64,000 nt of DNA. Origin: Alphaproteobacteria bacterium (GTDB taxonomy: Bacteria > Pseudomonadota > Alphaproteobacteria > Rs-D84). The position numbers were made by a program, and so were the translations under genes. Below the pieces are notes generated by a model. It did no database searches, had not been told where the DNA came from, and worked only from the letters and a program-made list of their open reading frames with translations. Below, one piece after another: positions 45,754-55,161 of this stretch (within the stretch, counting starts at the first letter, position 1; each line of letters begins with the position of its first letter). The stretch is taken from assembly GCA_017642585.1 (NCBI GenBank), contig JAGCOR010000017.1:17937-81936 (forward strand), in the 5' to 3' direction.

Positions 45754-46044
45754 ATGCGTGATGATGAAAAGATGTGTATGATTGGCATCGGAATGCTTGT
45801 TTTTGTCAGCTGTTTAATCATAGGATTGCAAGTTTGTTATCGTGAACAAAAACGGACAAATGACAAAATTGTTACAGAAATGAAAGCTGTAAGGCGCGAA
45901 TATTCCACCCAAGAAAATTTATATTTATCATTGATATCTGCGGATAGTTTGCGCGGTTCTGTGTTTGGAAATAACAGAAAGGCAGAAATGGTATCTTTTA
46001 ACAAGGTTGTAAATATAGATAATATCCCAATGGTAGAAGAATGA
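45754..46044 (+). CDS. FtsL-like small bitopic division protein
   Basis: 96 aa with one TM (MIGIGMLVFVSCLIIGLQV) followed by a helical segment. Its stop overlaps the ftsI start as ATGA. GGAAGGA RBS. Confidence 0.5.
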   Translation: MRDDEKMCMIGIGMLVFVSCLIIGLQVCYREQKRTNDKIVTEMKAVRREYSTQENLYLSLISADSLRGSVFGNNRKAEMVSFNKVVNIDNIPMVEE

Positions 46045-47714
46045 AGTTTGATGCAGGCAAAGACATTTTACCACATGAATTCAAGGGTATCACATATAAC
46101 CGTGACAGTGTACAACGGTTGAAAATTATTAAAGGTTTTTTTCTGGCTTTCTGTGCGATTGCTATATTGCGGACTTTGCAATTTGGTTTTGAAAACAGTG
46201 AATATAAAAAACATACTGTATCCCTGACAGAGATAGATGCCCGTGCGGATATTGTGGACAGAAATGGTGTTATTTTGGCGACAAACACACAAATAGGTCA
46301 TATAAAATTATATCCGCCAAAAGTTAAAGAAGAACACATAGATGATGTTGCCCGCGTCATTCACAAAATATCTCCAGAAGAATTCAGTATAGAAACCGCA
46401 TTGAAATTAATTCGTTCAGGGAAAGAGGGTATATATCTGAAAAAGAATTTGATTGGGGAAAATTTAAAAGAACAATTAAATTTCATCAACGATGTTAACA
46501 GAATATATAATTGTTTTGATTTTGAATTAATCACGAAACGTTATTATCCACAAAGAAATGTTTTTTCTCATGTTGTGGGCTTTGCTGGTAAAGATCGTGG
46601 ATTGGAAGGAATCGAACGGACATATGATAAATATTTACGCGAAAACAAAGATCCACTGAAAATATCTATTGATTCCAGAATACAAAATATTTTCCATGAA
46701 CAATTAACTATCGCTATGAATAAATATCATGCCAAAGGCGCGATGGGAATGTTGATGAATTCAACAACTGGCGAAATGTTGGCTATGGTTCAGTTGCCTG
46801 ATTTTAACCCTAATGAAATTAAGGCGGCACATGATGAAAAACGCAAATTTAAATTATTGCGTGTGCCGTATGAAATGGGGTCTGTTTTCAAAATATTTAA
46901 TACAGCCATAGCCTATGAAAACAATTTGCAGGACAAATGGTATGAAGTTGATAAACCTTTGATGATTTATGATAAATTTAACAGACCTGCAATGAAGAAA
47001 CCTATTGATGACGTCGCTTCTTTTAAACGCAGTGTTATTAAAAAACGCGGAATCAGAAAATTACAGGCACCTGATATAATGTTGTATTCTTGCAATGTTG
47101 GCAGTGCGCGTATGGCATTGGAATTTCCGCCAACTGCGCAACAAGAATTTTTCCAAAGATTGCATTTTGATGGTCCTCTGGATTTAGAATTTGGTAAAAC
47201 AGAAACCGCCCTGACACACAAAACATGGGGTAAAGTAGAACGTGCAACTGCGGCATTTGGACACGGTGTAAATGTTACACCTATGCATTTGTTGTTGGGT
47301 GTTAACGCAATGACGAACGGTGGATTTTATATATACCCAACTTTGTTAAAAAGGGGAATTGGCGCGATTCGTGGCGAACGTGTGTTGGATGGGGAAATAT
47401 CTGCTAAATTACGTCAAATAATGTATCGTATTGCGGAAGAAACAACCGGTAAATTGGCGCGCGTTGAAGGCATGGAAATAGGTGGTAAAACAGGTAGTGC
47501 CGAAAAACGTGCAGCGGACGGAAGTGCGGATAAAAGCCGTAATATGACCATATTTACAGGGGTTTTCCCGATATCTGTGCCACAATATGTCATTTTAATT
47601 ATGTTGGATGAAGCCCAAGCAGAACACAAAGGCAGTGGCAGAACCGCTGCACAAAATGCCGTTCCAACAGCCGGGGCAATCCTTAATGGAATCATGCCAT
47701 TGCTATTTGAATAA
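46041..47714 (+). CDS. ftsI: Peptidoglycan D,D-transpeptidase FtsI (class B PBP)
   Basis: 557 aa. N-terminal TM, the SxxK motif (GSVFK), the SxN motif (YSCN) and KTG (GGKTGSAEK). Confidence 0.88.
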   Translation: MKFDAGKDILPHEFKGITYNRDSVQRLKIIKGFFLAFCAIAILRTLQFGFENSEYKKHTVSLTEIDARADIVDRNGVILATNTQIGHIKLYPPKVKEEHIDDVARVIHKISPEEFSIETALKLIRSGKEGIYLKKNLIGENLKEQLNFINDVNRIYNCFDFELITKRYYPQRNVFSHVVGFAGKDRGLEGIERTYDKYLRENKDPLKISIDSRIQNIFHEQLTIAMNKYHAKGAMGMLMNSTTGEMLAMVQLPDFNPNEIKAAHDEKRKFKLLRVPYEMGSVFKIFNTAIAYENNLQDKWYEVDKPLMIYDKFNRPAMKKPIDDVASFKRSVIKKRGIRKLQAPDIMLYSCNVGSARMALEFPPTAQQEFFQRLHFDGPLDLEFGKTETALTHKTWGKVERATAAFGHGVNVTPMHLLLGVNAMTNGGFYIYPTLLKRGIGAIRGERVLDGEISAKLRQIMYRIAEETTGKLARVEGMEIGGKTGSAEKRAADGSADKSRNMTIFTGVFPISVPQYVILIMLDEAQAEHKGSGRTAAQNAVPTAGAILNGIMPLLFE

Positions 47715-47757
47715 ATTTAGATTATAATATCACTGATAATAAAAAAAAGAGTATAGC

Positions 47758-49518
47758 GTGCGAAAGATAGTAGAGAAGTCCATACTGGGTAAAGTATGGA
47801 CCGTGTCAGATGATTATAATCTGAATAAAAATTTAAATGATGCTGATGCATTTGTAAGAGATATTCTTAAATCACGTGGTATCACTGATGATGTTGAGAT
47901 TGAAAAATTTTTGCATCCGTCCGTCAAAGAATATATGCCAGATCCATTTGTTTTAAAAGATATGGATATTGCTACACGTGTCATAGCGGATGCTGTGTGT
48001 GCTGGCGACAAGATTGCAATTTATGGTGATTATGATGTTGATGGAATTACATCTACTGCTTTGTTTGTAAAATATTTAACAGAAGCGGGGGTGGATGTTT
48101 CTTGGCATTTACCAACCCGTGAAGGCGAAGGATACGGTTTAAATGTTTCTGCGGTGGAACAGATTGCGCAAAGTGGTGTTAAGTTATTGATAACTGTTGA
48201 TTGCGGAATCAGTGGAATTAACGAAGTAAAAAAAGCAAAAGAACTGGGGCTAAAGGTTGTTGTCACAGACCACCATTCGCCTGATAATGTTTTGCCAGAT
48301 GCAGATGCTGTTGTTAATCCAAAACGCAAAGATGATACATCAAATCTGGATTTCTTGGCGGGGTGCGGGGTTGCTTTTTTGACATTGGTTGCATTAAACC
48401 GCGAATTAAGGGACCACAGGGGATTTTTTAAAGAAGAAAAGAATGAAATCAACTTGTTAAATTACATGGATTTGGTCGCGTTAGGAACAATTTGCGATAC
48501 TATGCCTTTGATTGATTTGAACCGTGCGTTTGTTTCTACTGGTTTACAAGTTTTGGGGTTACGACAAAATCTGGGATTAAGAACTTTGATGGATCTGGCG
48601 AAAATTAAAAAGCCATCTGTGTATGCTGTTGGTTTTGCGTTGGGACCAAGATTAAATGCCCCAGGCCGTTTAAATTCTGCGGCACCTGCATTGGAATTGC
48701 TGTTAACAAAAGATCCTTTTGTTGCAACAGATTTGGCAAACCAATTGCACAAAATGAATCAAGAAAGAATTGATAAACAAAATGCGATAATGGTTGATGC
48801 AACCGACATGGCAGAACAATGTTGCAAAAATGGCAAATGCAGTTTATTCATATGTGGTGATAATTGGCATGGTGGTGTTATGGGAATTATCGCTGGCAGG
48901 TTGAAAGATAAATATAATCTTCCAACATGTGTTGCAACAAAAACAGACGGGGTAATAAATGGTTCTGGGCGTTCGATTCCTGATATAGATTTGGGAAAAA
49001 TAATTCATGATGCTATTGCGGCCGGCATTTTATCCGAAGGGGGCGGACATTCAACTGCTGCTGGATTTACTTTGAATGCGGACAACGAACAAGAATTTTG
49101 TGATTTCTTGGAAAAGGCCGTTCGTGAACAATTAAAAGGTGAACGTTTAATACCTGAAATATTTGTAGATGCCCAATTAGATGCGTCTGGGGCGAATATG
49201 AATTTGGTCAAAGAAATGGCTGTGTTGGCACCGTTTGGACAATGCAATCCTGAACCAACATTGGTGTTAACTGGTGGTGTGTTAAAGTTTGCAACCACTA
49301 CAGGTGAAGGTTCACCACATTTACGTGGGGTGATAAAAACCAGCAATGGTGGTCAATTATCTTTTGTTGGGTTTAATTTAGTGGGAACTCCGGTAGGAAA
49401 TTTTTTACTGGACGACATGAATACAAATACTAAAATAATGATGTTAGGTAAATTAAAAGAAAACGAATATAACGGCCGTACAGGCGTTCAATTCATAGTG
49501 GAAGATATTGCAATATGA
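47758..49518 (+). CDS. recJ: Single-stranded-DNA-specific exonuclease RecJ
   Basis: 586 aa with a GTG start. DHH-family motifs (IYGDYDVDGITS, TVDCG, VVVTDHHSP), DHHA1 (GGGHSTAAG) and a C-terminal OB-like region. Confidence 0.9.
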   Translation: MRKIVEKSILGKVWTVSDDYNLNKNLNDADAFVRDILKSRGITDDVEIEKFLHPSVKEYMPDPFVLKDMDIATRVIADAVCAGDKIAIYGDYDVDGITSTALFVKYLTEAGVDVSWHLPTREGEGYGLNVSAVEQIAQSGVKLLITVDCGISGINEVKKAKELGLKVVVTDHHSPDNVLPDADAVVNPKRKDDTSNLDFLAGCGVAFLTLVALNRELRDHRGFFKEEKNEINLLNYMDLVALGTICDTMPLIDLNRAFVSTGLQVLGLRQNLGLRTLMDLAKIKKPSVYAVGFALGPRLNAPGRLNSAAPALELLLTKDPFVATDLANQLHKMNQERIDKQNAIMVDATDMAEQCCKNGKCSLFICGDNWHGGVMGIIAGRLKDKYNLPTCVATKTDGVINGSGRSIPDIDLGKIIHDAIAAGILSEGGGHSTAAGFTLNADNEQEFCDFLEKAVREQLKGERLIPEIFVDAQLDASGANMNLVKEMAVLAPFGQCNPEPTLVLTGGVLKFATTTGEGSPHLRGVIKTSNGGQLSFVGFNLVGTPVGNFLLDDMNTNTKIMMLGKLKENEYNGRTGVQFIVEDIAI

Positions 49519-50465
49519 TCGAAAATGTAGATGTTTTTATAGAAAAAATAAAAAATGCCAAGACCATTGCTATATCTGGACATAAAAATCCAGATGGGGA
49601 TGCAATATGTTCTGCGTTGGCATTGATGAAAATCATAGAATTAAATTTTGGTAAAAAGCCTGTGGTTATTTATGACGGAAATATACCGCGTGATTTTGAT
49701 AATGTGCCTTTGCGTAAACAGGCTATTTATTACGAACAGATTCCCGAAAATTCAAAATATGATTTATATATTTTGGTCGATTATGGAACAAGATCTCATT
49801 TGGGTGGGGCTGAAAAATTTGTTAATAATTCAGATTTTGTTGTCGAAATAGATCACCATATCAATGATGATTTGGTTGGCAATTTATGTTTCGATAATAC
49901 ATCCAAAGCGGCTGCTGCCCAGATTGTTTACGACATAGTGCGTGCTGGTAATTTAGAAATGGACAGCGATATCAAAGATTTGTTGATGATTGCGATTATT
50001 ACCGATACAGGACATTTTAAATTTGTAAAAAACAGTGATGTGTTTATAGATTCTGCCCAGTTGGTCGATGCGGGTGTTAATGTAACCAATTTGATGAATT
50101 TATTGAATAACAAAGATAAAAAAACAGTGTTGGTGGAATCTGCCACTGTGTCCAAGGCCGAATTTTTTATGAAAAATCGTTTAGTGGTTGCCAGTATCAG
50201 AAAGCCAGACTATAAAAGATTGGACGGTCGTGGGGAATTGGTTTTAAGTTTATTGGCACAAATTCACGGGGTCGAATTTGTTGTTTTATTAAAAGAACAC
50301 CAGGACAATCAAATTGGTATTTCTATACGCAGTAAAACAGTACCTATAAACCAGGTTGCGGAATCTTTCGGTGGTGGTGGACATCTGTATGCGGCCGGCG
50401 CCGTCATAGAGGACACTTTTGATAATGTATACGGCAAAGTCGTAGAAGCATTCAAGGATATGTAG
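49515..50465 (+). CDS. nrnA: DHH/DHHA1 phosphoesterase, NrnA-like
   Basis: 316 aa. Contains SGHKNPDGDAICSA, EIDHHIND and GGGGHLYAAG. Its ATG overlaps the recJ stop as ATGA. Confidence 0.8.
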   Translation: MIENVDVFIEKIKNAKTIAISGHKNPDGDAICSALALMKIIELNFGKKPVVIYDGNIPRDFDNVPLRKQAIYYEQIPENSKYDLYILVDYGTRSHLGGAEKFVNNSDFVVEIDHHINDDLVGNLCFDNTSKAAAAQIVYDIVRAGNLEMDSDIKDLLMIAIITDTGHFKFVKNSDVFIDSAQLVDAGVNVTNLMNLLNNKDKKTVLVESATVSKAEFFMKNRLVVASIRKPDYKRLDGRGELVLSLLAQIHGVEFVVLLKEHQDNQIGISIRSKTVPINQVAESFGGGGHLYAAGAVIEDTFDNVYGKVVEAFKDM

Positions 50466-50467
50466 AC

Positions 50468-51082
50468 ATGAAAAAAATATTTGTAATTTTATTTGGATTA
50501 TTTATTTGTTTTTCATCACATGCCAAAGTTGATAAGGGTTTGGTGCAAACCGCGGAACAGTATTTGAATTCTATAACTGGTCTTCAGGGCGGTTTTACAC
50601 AAATTGCAAATGGCAAAAGGGAACATGGAACTTTCTCTATGTTGCGTCCGGGTCGGGTTAGATTGGATTATAAAGATGCACCAATTCAATTAATTGCTGA
50701 CGGCAAAGATTTATATTTCTTTGATAAATCTTTGGATCAAATTACAACTGTGCCTTTGACCAGTACGCCTGCGGGTATTTTGGTTCGTAAAAATATAAAT
50801 TTGCAAACTGCCGATATCAAAGTTTCAGAAACAACCGATAATGGCAAAACTTTTGCTTTGAAAATGCATTTGAAAAACCAGGAAGGCCTGGGGCATATGA
50901 ATGTTGTTTTTGATAAAAGTCCTGTGAAGTTAAATTCTTGGTCTGTGGTTGATGCTACATCTAATAAAACGGATGTGGTGTTTAATAATTTAAAAACAAA
51001 AACAGATTTTGGAAAAAATTATTTTCAATTATCTCGTCATAAAACTGTTTCTGCCAGTGGTGGTGATGATTTTTATGATTAA
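50468..51082 (+). CDS. lolA: Outer-membrane lipoprotein carrier LolA
   Basis: Signal peptide. FTQIANGKREHGTFSMLRPGRVRLDY...DGKDLYFFD fits the LolA pattern. Confidence 0.8.
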   Translation: MKKIFVILFGLFICFSSHAKVDKGLVQTAEQYLNSITGLQGGFTQIANGKREHGTFSMLRPGRVRLDYKDAPIQLIADGKDLYFFDKSLDQITTVPLTSTPAGILVRKNINLQTADIKVSETTDNGKTFALKMHLKNQEGLGHMNVVFDKSPVKLNSWSVVDATSNKTDVVFNNLKTKTDFGKNYFQLSRHKTVSASGGDDFYD

Positions 51083-51090
51083 GGTTAATT

Positions 51091-51372
51091 ATGTTTGGAA
51101 TCAGTTGGACTGAATTTTTAGTAATTTTATTAGTCGCAATTTGTGTTGTGCCTGTGAAAAATTGGCCAGATGTCGTTAAGTTTTTTGCACGTATTGTTAA
51201 ATACATCAGGGAATTGATTTGGAAAATATCTGATTTTTCAGAACAGGTTCAAAAGCGTATAGAATTGGAAAAACCAATTGATGATTTAATAGCAAATGCC
51301 ACAAATGATTTGTTTGAAAAACCAAAAAAAGCAAAGAAAACAGCCGTAAAGAAAAAAAGCAAAAATAAATGA
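51091..51372 (+). CDS. tatB: Twin-arginine translocase subunit TatB
   Basis: 93 aa. MFGISWTEFLVILLVAICVVPVKNWPDVVK plus an amphipathic helix. It lies directly upstream of tatC. Confidence 0.8.
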   Translation: MFGISWTEFLVILLVAICVVPVKNWPDVVKFFARIVKYIRELIWKISDFSEQVQKRIELEKPIDDLIANATNDLFEKPKKAKKTAVKKKSKNK

Positions 51373-52076
51373 AGATGACTTTGATGCAACATTTTGCTGA
51401 ATTAAGACGCAGGATTTTATGGACCCTGTTGGTGTTTGTTTTTGCCTTTGGGTTTGGGTGGTTGGTTGCACCATATGTCGAAGCTTTCTTGGCCAGCCCT
51501 TTGTTAAAAGTTTGGAATGATGCAACACTGTTATATACAGGATTATCCGACGGGTTGATGATACAATTTTCTTTGGCGACATTGGTTGCGATGATTATAA
51601 CAATTCCTGTATTGATGTGGCATATTTGGGCATATGTTGCACCTGGATTACATAAAAACGAAAAGGAATTTTTATTGCCTATATTTTTATTATCGCCAGT
51701 TTTGTTCGTAACTGGGGCGGCTTTTGCGTTTTATATTTTGTTCCCATTTGTGTTTAGATTTTTTATCGAATTAAATGAATCAGGGACTTTGCCAACGGTT
51801 TTAATGCCTGCGATACGCGGATATTTAATATTTGTAATAGGGTTGTTAAAGGTTTTTGGAATCGCATTCCAATTGCCTTTGATTTTGGTTTTATTAAACA
51901 GGGCTGGTGTATTATCAAGAATGACGGCCATTAAATGTCGCAAATATGTAATTGTTTGTATTTTCATAGCTGCGGCGGTTTTAACCCCACCTGATGTTAT
52001 ATCACAAATTTTATTGGCTGTGCCAATGTGGTTGTTGTTTGAAGCCAGCATATTTTTTATGCGAAAAGATTCATAA
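51369..52076 (+). CDS. tatC: Twin-arginine translocase subunit TatC
   Basis: 235 aa, 6-TM. N-terminal HFAELRRRI and C-terminal TPPDVISQ. ATGA overlap with tatB. Confidence 0.92.
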   Translation: MKMTLMQHFAELRRRILWTLLVFVFAFGFGWLVAPYVEAFLASPLLKVWNDATLLYTGLSDGLMIQFSLATLVAMIITIPVLMWHIWAYVAPGLHKNEKEFLLPIFLLSPVLFVTGAAFAFYILFPFVFRFFIELNESGTLPTVLMPAIRGYLIFVIGLLKVFGIAFQLPLILVLLNRAGVLSRMTAIKCRKYVIVCIFIAAAVLTPPDVISQILLAVPMWLLFEASIFFMRKDS

Positions 52077-52094
52077 GTCGTTTTTTTTATTCGC

Positions 52095-52109
52095 TTTTTA
52101 TGATATAAT
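52095..52109 (+). promoter_or_regulatory. Extended -10 promoter motif, exact TTTTTATGATATAAT
   Basis: Exact copy. The TATAAT ends 7 nt before the first ATG of the nlpD-like gene (52117). Confidence 0.5.
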
Positions 52110-52116
52110 TTAGGGG

Positions 52117-53475
52117 ATGAGAATGTACAAAGCCCTTTTTGTATCAACTGTGTTGTGCACACTGTTAAGCGGATGTGATTTACAGCCACGTATTTCTTCT
52201 ATACCTGACAGTATCGGTGCGTTCATTTCTGACCGGTATCCTGCATTGTTAGCCGATCCAGAAACCCAGCCAGAAATATATAATTCTGCGGTGACGGATT
52301 ACGAGGTTTATGCTTCTCCTGAATTGTATGGTGCGTGGAAAAATGATGATTATGTTTTGTATGCCAGTGTTGATGATTATGTTTTGGTTCCCACAAACGA
52401 AGATGATACTGCAAAAGCAGAAGTAAACCAAACCCCAATACATCAACCAGAAGATGATTATTTGGTTGTGCCTATGTATGCCGGTGCAACAGATAATGTT
52501 GGTACAACAGAAAAAGATTCCGCGACAAATGAATTTGTTGTGGTTGCCAAGGGCGATACATTGTTTTCCATTGCAAAAAAGAATAATACAAGTGTTGAAG
52601 ATCTGGCAAAGTTAAATAAATTATCACAACCTTATACTTTATCGATTGGTCAAAAATTACAGGTCAGGGAAACCAAACCAGAACCAAATGTAATATCCCA
52701 GGAAAAATTGCAACAAATCAAAACGGAAAAAGCTCAAGACGTTGCAACAACCGCGACAGATGTAAAGCGTGTAGGGTTACAGGAAATAACAGTTGCCAAG
52801 GGCGATACTCTGTATTCTTTGTCCAGAAAATATCAAATTCCTGTCAATGATTTAGCGGTTATGAATAAATTGAATACCCCATTCAATTTATCAGTTGGAC
52901 AGAAATTAAAAGTTCCAAAATTAGATACTGTTCAAACGCGTTCTGTGGCAGAGATAAAAGAAAGTAAAACTGTTGCAAAGAAAATAACACCACCTGAAAC
53001 AGTGCAAAAACAGACAACTGTGTCCAAGGCAGAACCTGTCAAGACACGTATATCGTCAGATCCCAAGAAACAGTTACCAAAAATATCTGCGCGTTCTTCT
53101 ACTAAATTCTCATGGCCAGTTAAAGGCAAAGTATTATCGCAATATGGCGCCAAAAATAAGGGGCTGTTTAATGATGGTATAAATATTTCTGCGGCCAAGG
53201 GGACACCTGTGAAATCTGCTGAAAATGGTGTGGTTGCGTATGCAGGTAACGAAGTCAAAGGTATGGGTAATTTAATTATCATTCAACACAGCGATGGTTG
53301 GATGACGGTTTATGCACATATGGATTCGTTGATTGTGAAACGTGGTGCAAAAGTTAATGTAGGTCAACAAATCGGCCGTGTAGGACAAACTGGACGTGTT
53401 GATACACCGCAATTACATTTTGAAATTCGCAAGGGGACCAAAGCATATAATCCACAAGAGTTATTAAAAAAATAA
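52117..53475 (+). CDS. nlpD: LysM-M23 murein hydrolase activator/peptidase lipoprotein (NlpD-like)
   Basis: Lipobox LLSGC. Two LysM domains (VVAKGDTLFSIAKKN..., TVAKGDTLYSLSRKY...). C-terminal M23 domain (GINISAAKGTPV, IIIQHSDGWMTVYAHM, QLHFEIRKG). The start is 52117 or 52123. Confidence 0.88.
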   Translation: MRMYKALFVSTVLCTLLSGCDLQPRISSIPDSIGAFISDRYPALLADPETQPEIYNSAVTDYEVYASPELYGAWKNDDYVLYASVDDYVLVPTNEDDTAKAEVNQTPIHQPEDDYLVVPMYAGATDNVGTTEKDSATNEFVVVAKGDTLFSIAKKNNTSVEDLAKLNKLSQPYTLSIGQKLQVRETKPEPNVISQEKLQQIKTEKAQDVATTATDVKRVGLQEITVAKGDTLYSLSRKYQIPVNDLAVMNKLNTPFNLSVGQKLKVPKLDTVQTRSVAEIKESKTVAKKITPPETVQKQTTVSKAEPVKTRISSDPKKQLPKISARSSTKFSWPVKGKVLSQYGAKNKGLFNDGINISAAKGTPVKSAENGVVAYAGNEVKGMGNLIIIQHSDGWMTVYAHMDSLIVKRGAKVNVGQQIGRVGQTGRVDTPQLHFEIRKGTKAYNPQELLKK

Positions 53476-53488
53476 AAGGGAGTAAGTA

Positions 53489-54442
53489 ATGATAAAAAAA
53501 CTGTTCGCTGGGATGTTGTGTTTGATAACATCTGTATCTTTTGCAGAAGAAGATATGACAATACAGGGGGCGGAAGAATTATTTGAAGCAACCAAAATTG
53601 TATGTATGGGAATATCCGATGAAATATCCCACGTTTCAAAAATATCCAAGGTGAACACAGCGGTTACTGCGGCAGGAACGGTCGCTGCTGGTGGCGCATT
53701 ATATGCTGGTATTAAAAAATCCCAGGAAGAAAAAGAAATAGATGCTCTTGTGGACAGAATGTGCAGAGCAGGTGGATGTGATTCGGAAACCGTTAAAAAT
53801 ATGAGCTTGGAAGATTTTTATAATAACGTGATTTCCCCGATGGCGCAAATTGCAGAATTACAGAAAAAATTAGAAAAATCTAAAAAGTTAGGTAATTGGA
53901 GAACAGGTTTAATGGCGGGAACAATTGGAACCAATTTGGCATCTGCGATTATATCTGGGGTAAACGCAAATCAATCTGAATTGATTCAACATATAGAGGC
54001 ATGCAATGACATGGTGAAATCTGTGGAAACTGCATCTATGCAATTAAAAGCGGCGGGATTCAATCCGGCGGAAAATCCAGTTATCAAAAAATTAGATAAT
54101 GTCAAAACATGGTGTTCCCAGATAAATACAAATGATGTAGAAAAAATTGAAAAACGTATGAAAGGCGTTATGGGTACGTCCATTGCAGGTACTGTGGTTG
54201 GTGTTGTTGGAACTGCAACCAGTGCGGCTGCGAATTCTGATAAATATATGGATGCGCAAAACAGAATTGGTTTGACTGATGAAGAAAGACAAAAAGCAAA
54301 AAATTTGAATACCACAGCTAATATCATGGCGGGGGCGAACGTTGCCACAGGATTGGTTGAAACTGGGCTGAATATATCTTTGATTACATTGACCAAAAAT
54401 TTAATGTCCCAAGCAGGTCGTTGTGAAGAGGTGTTACAATGA
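53489..54442 (+). CDS. Exported protein with four Gly/Ala/Thr-rich hydrophobic segments (glycine-zipper-like); paralogue of the central module of the giant protein
   Basis: Signal peptide MIKKLFAGMLCLITSVSFA. Hydrophobic segments: TAVTAAGTVAAGGALYAGI, GLMAGTIGTNLASAIISGV, GTSIAGTVVGVVGTATSAAA and IMAGANVATGLVETGL. AAGGGAG RBS 13 nt after the nlpD stop. Confidence 0.8.
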   Translation: MIKKLFAGMLCLITSVSFAEEDMTIQGAEELFEATKIVCMGISDEISHVSKISKVNTAVTAAGTVAAGGALYAGIKKSQEEKEIDALVDRMCRAGGCDSETVKNMSLEDFYNNVISPMAQIAELQKKLEKSKKLGNWRTGLMAGTIGTNLASAIISGVNANQSELIQHIEACNDMVKSVETASMQLKAAGFNPAENPVIKKLDNVKTWCSQINTNDVEKIEKRMKGVMGTSIAGTVVGVVGTATSAAANSDKYMDAQNRIGLTDEERQKAKNLNTTANIMAGANVATGLVETGLNISLITLTKNLMSQAGRCEEVLQ

Positions 54443-55161
54443 TAAAAAAATTGTTATTATTTTTATTGGTCTTATTAAGTGGTGGATATATTCAATCATC
54501 TGCCTTTGCGGATGAGGTCCCCAGAGATATATTCAAAGATGCTGAAAATATGCACAATGATTATTTGGCACAAAGAATTGATTTGGCTGCGGCCCAGGCC
54601 ATATGTCAATCTATGTTCGCCTATGCACGTGCACGTAATATAAGAATTGTATTGGATGGGTTAGATGGTAATCAATATGTGCCGTATGTACAATGGTGTG
54701 AAGACAGTGATTTTAGAATAGTTGAATTTTTAACACTACAGGTTGCAGATTTTTTAAAATCTTGGTCTAATGAATCGTATTTTGCAAAAATGGTTTCTGA
54801 TGCAAAAAGGAGCTGTAAACGTTCTGCGCAGATAGAACATTTAATATCGCAACAATATGTTGTTAACAATAATGAAGTTACTGTGAAATGTTCTCATTCT
54901 GATAATCGTTGTATGATTTCTATGCCTGTAACAAAATCAGGAACAACGCAACATTATACTGCATGTTGTTTAATGCCTGATTATTCGCGTATGCAACAAA
55001 CAACAGAACAAATTACTGATGAAAATGGAAATACAGGTACCAGAACTTATTACACTGGGATAGCGGGATATGTTGATATACAGTGGAATGGGGTTACATC
55101 ACAAATACCAAATATAACAGATTTTGATTTGAAGTGTAAACCAATACAAAATGTCGAATGA
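54439..55161 (+). CDS. Exported Cys-containing hypothetical protein
   Basis: Signal peptide MIKKLLLFLLVLLSGGYIQSSAFA. No recognisable family. ATGA overlaps at both ends (54439..54442 and 55158..55161). Confidence 0.75.
   Translation: MIKKLLLFLLVLLSGGYIQSSAFADEVPRDIFKDAENMHNDYLAQRIDLAAAQAICQSMFAYARARNIRIVLDGLDGNQYVPYVQWCEDSDFRIVEFLTLQVADFLKSWSNESYFAKMVSDAKRSCKRSAQIEHLISQQYVVNNNEVTVKCSHSDNRCMISMPVTKSGTTQHYTACCLMPDYSRMQQTTEQITDENGNTGTRTYYTGIAGYVDIQWNGVTSQIPNITDFDLKCKPIQNVE

Noticed and set aside
47723-47728. The TATAAT hexamer upstream of recJ as a promoter.
   Set aside because: It has no TG extension and no acceptable -35 at 16-18 nt. In this AT-rich DNA an isolated TATAAT is not informative.
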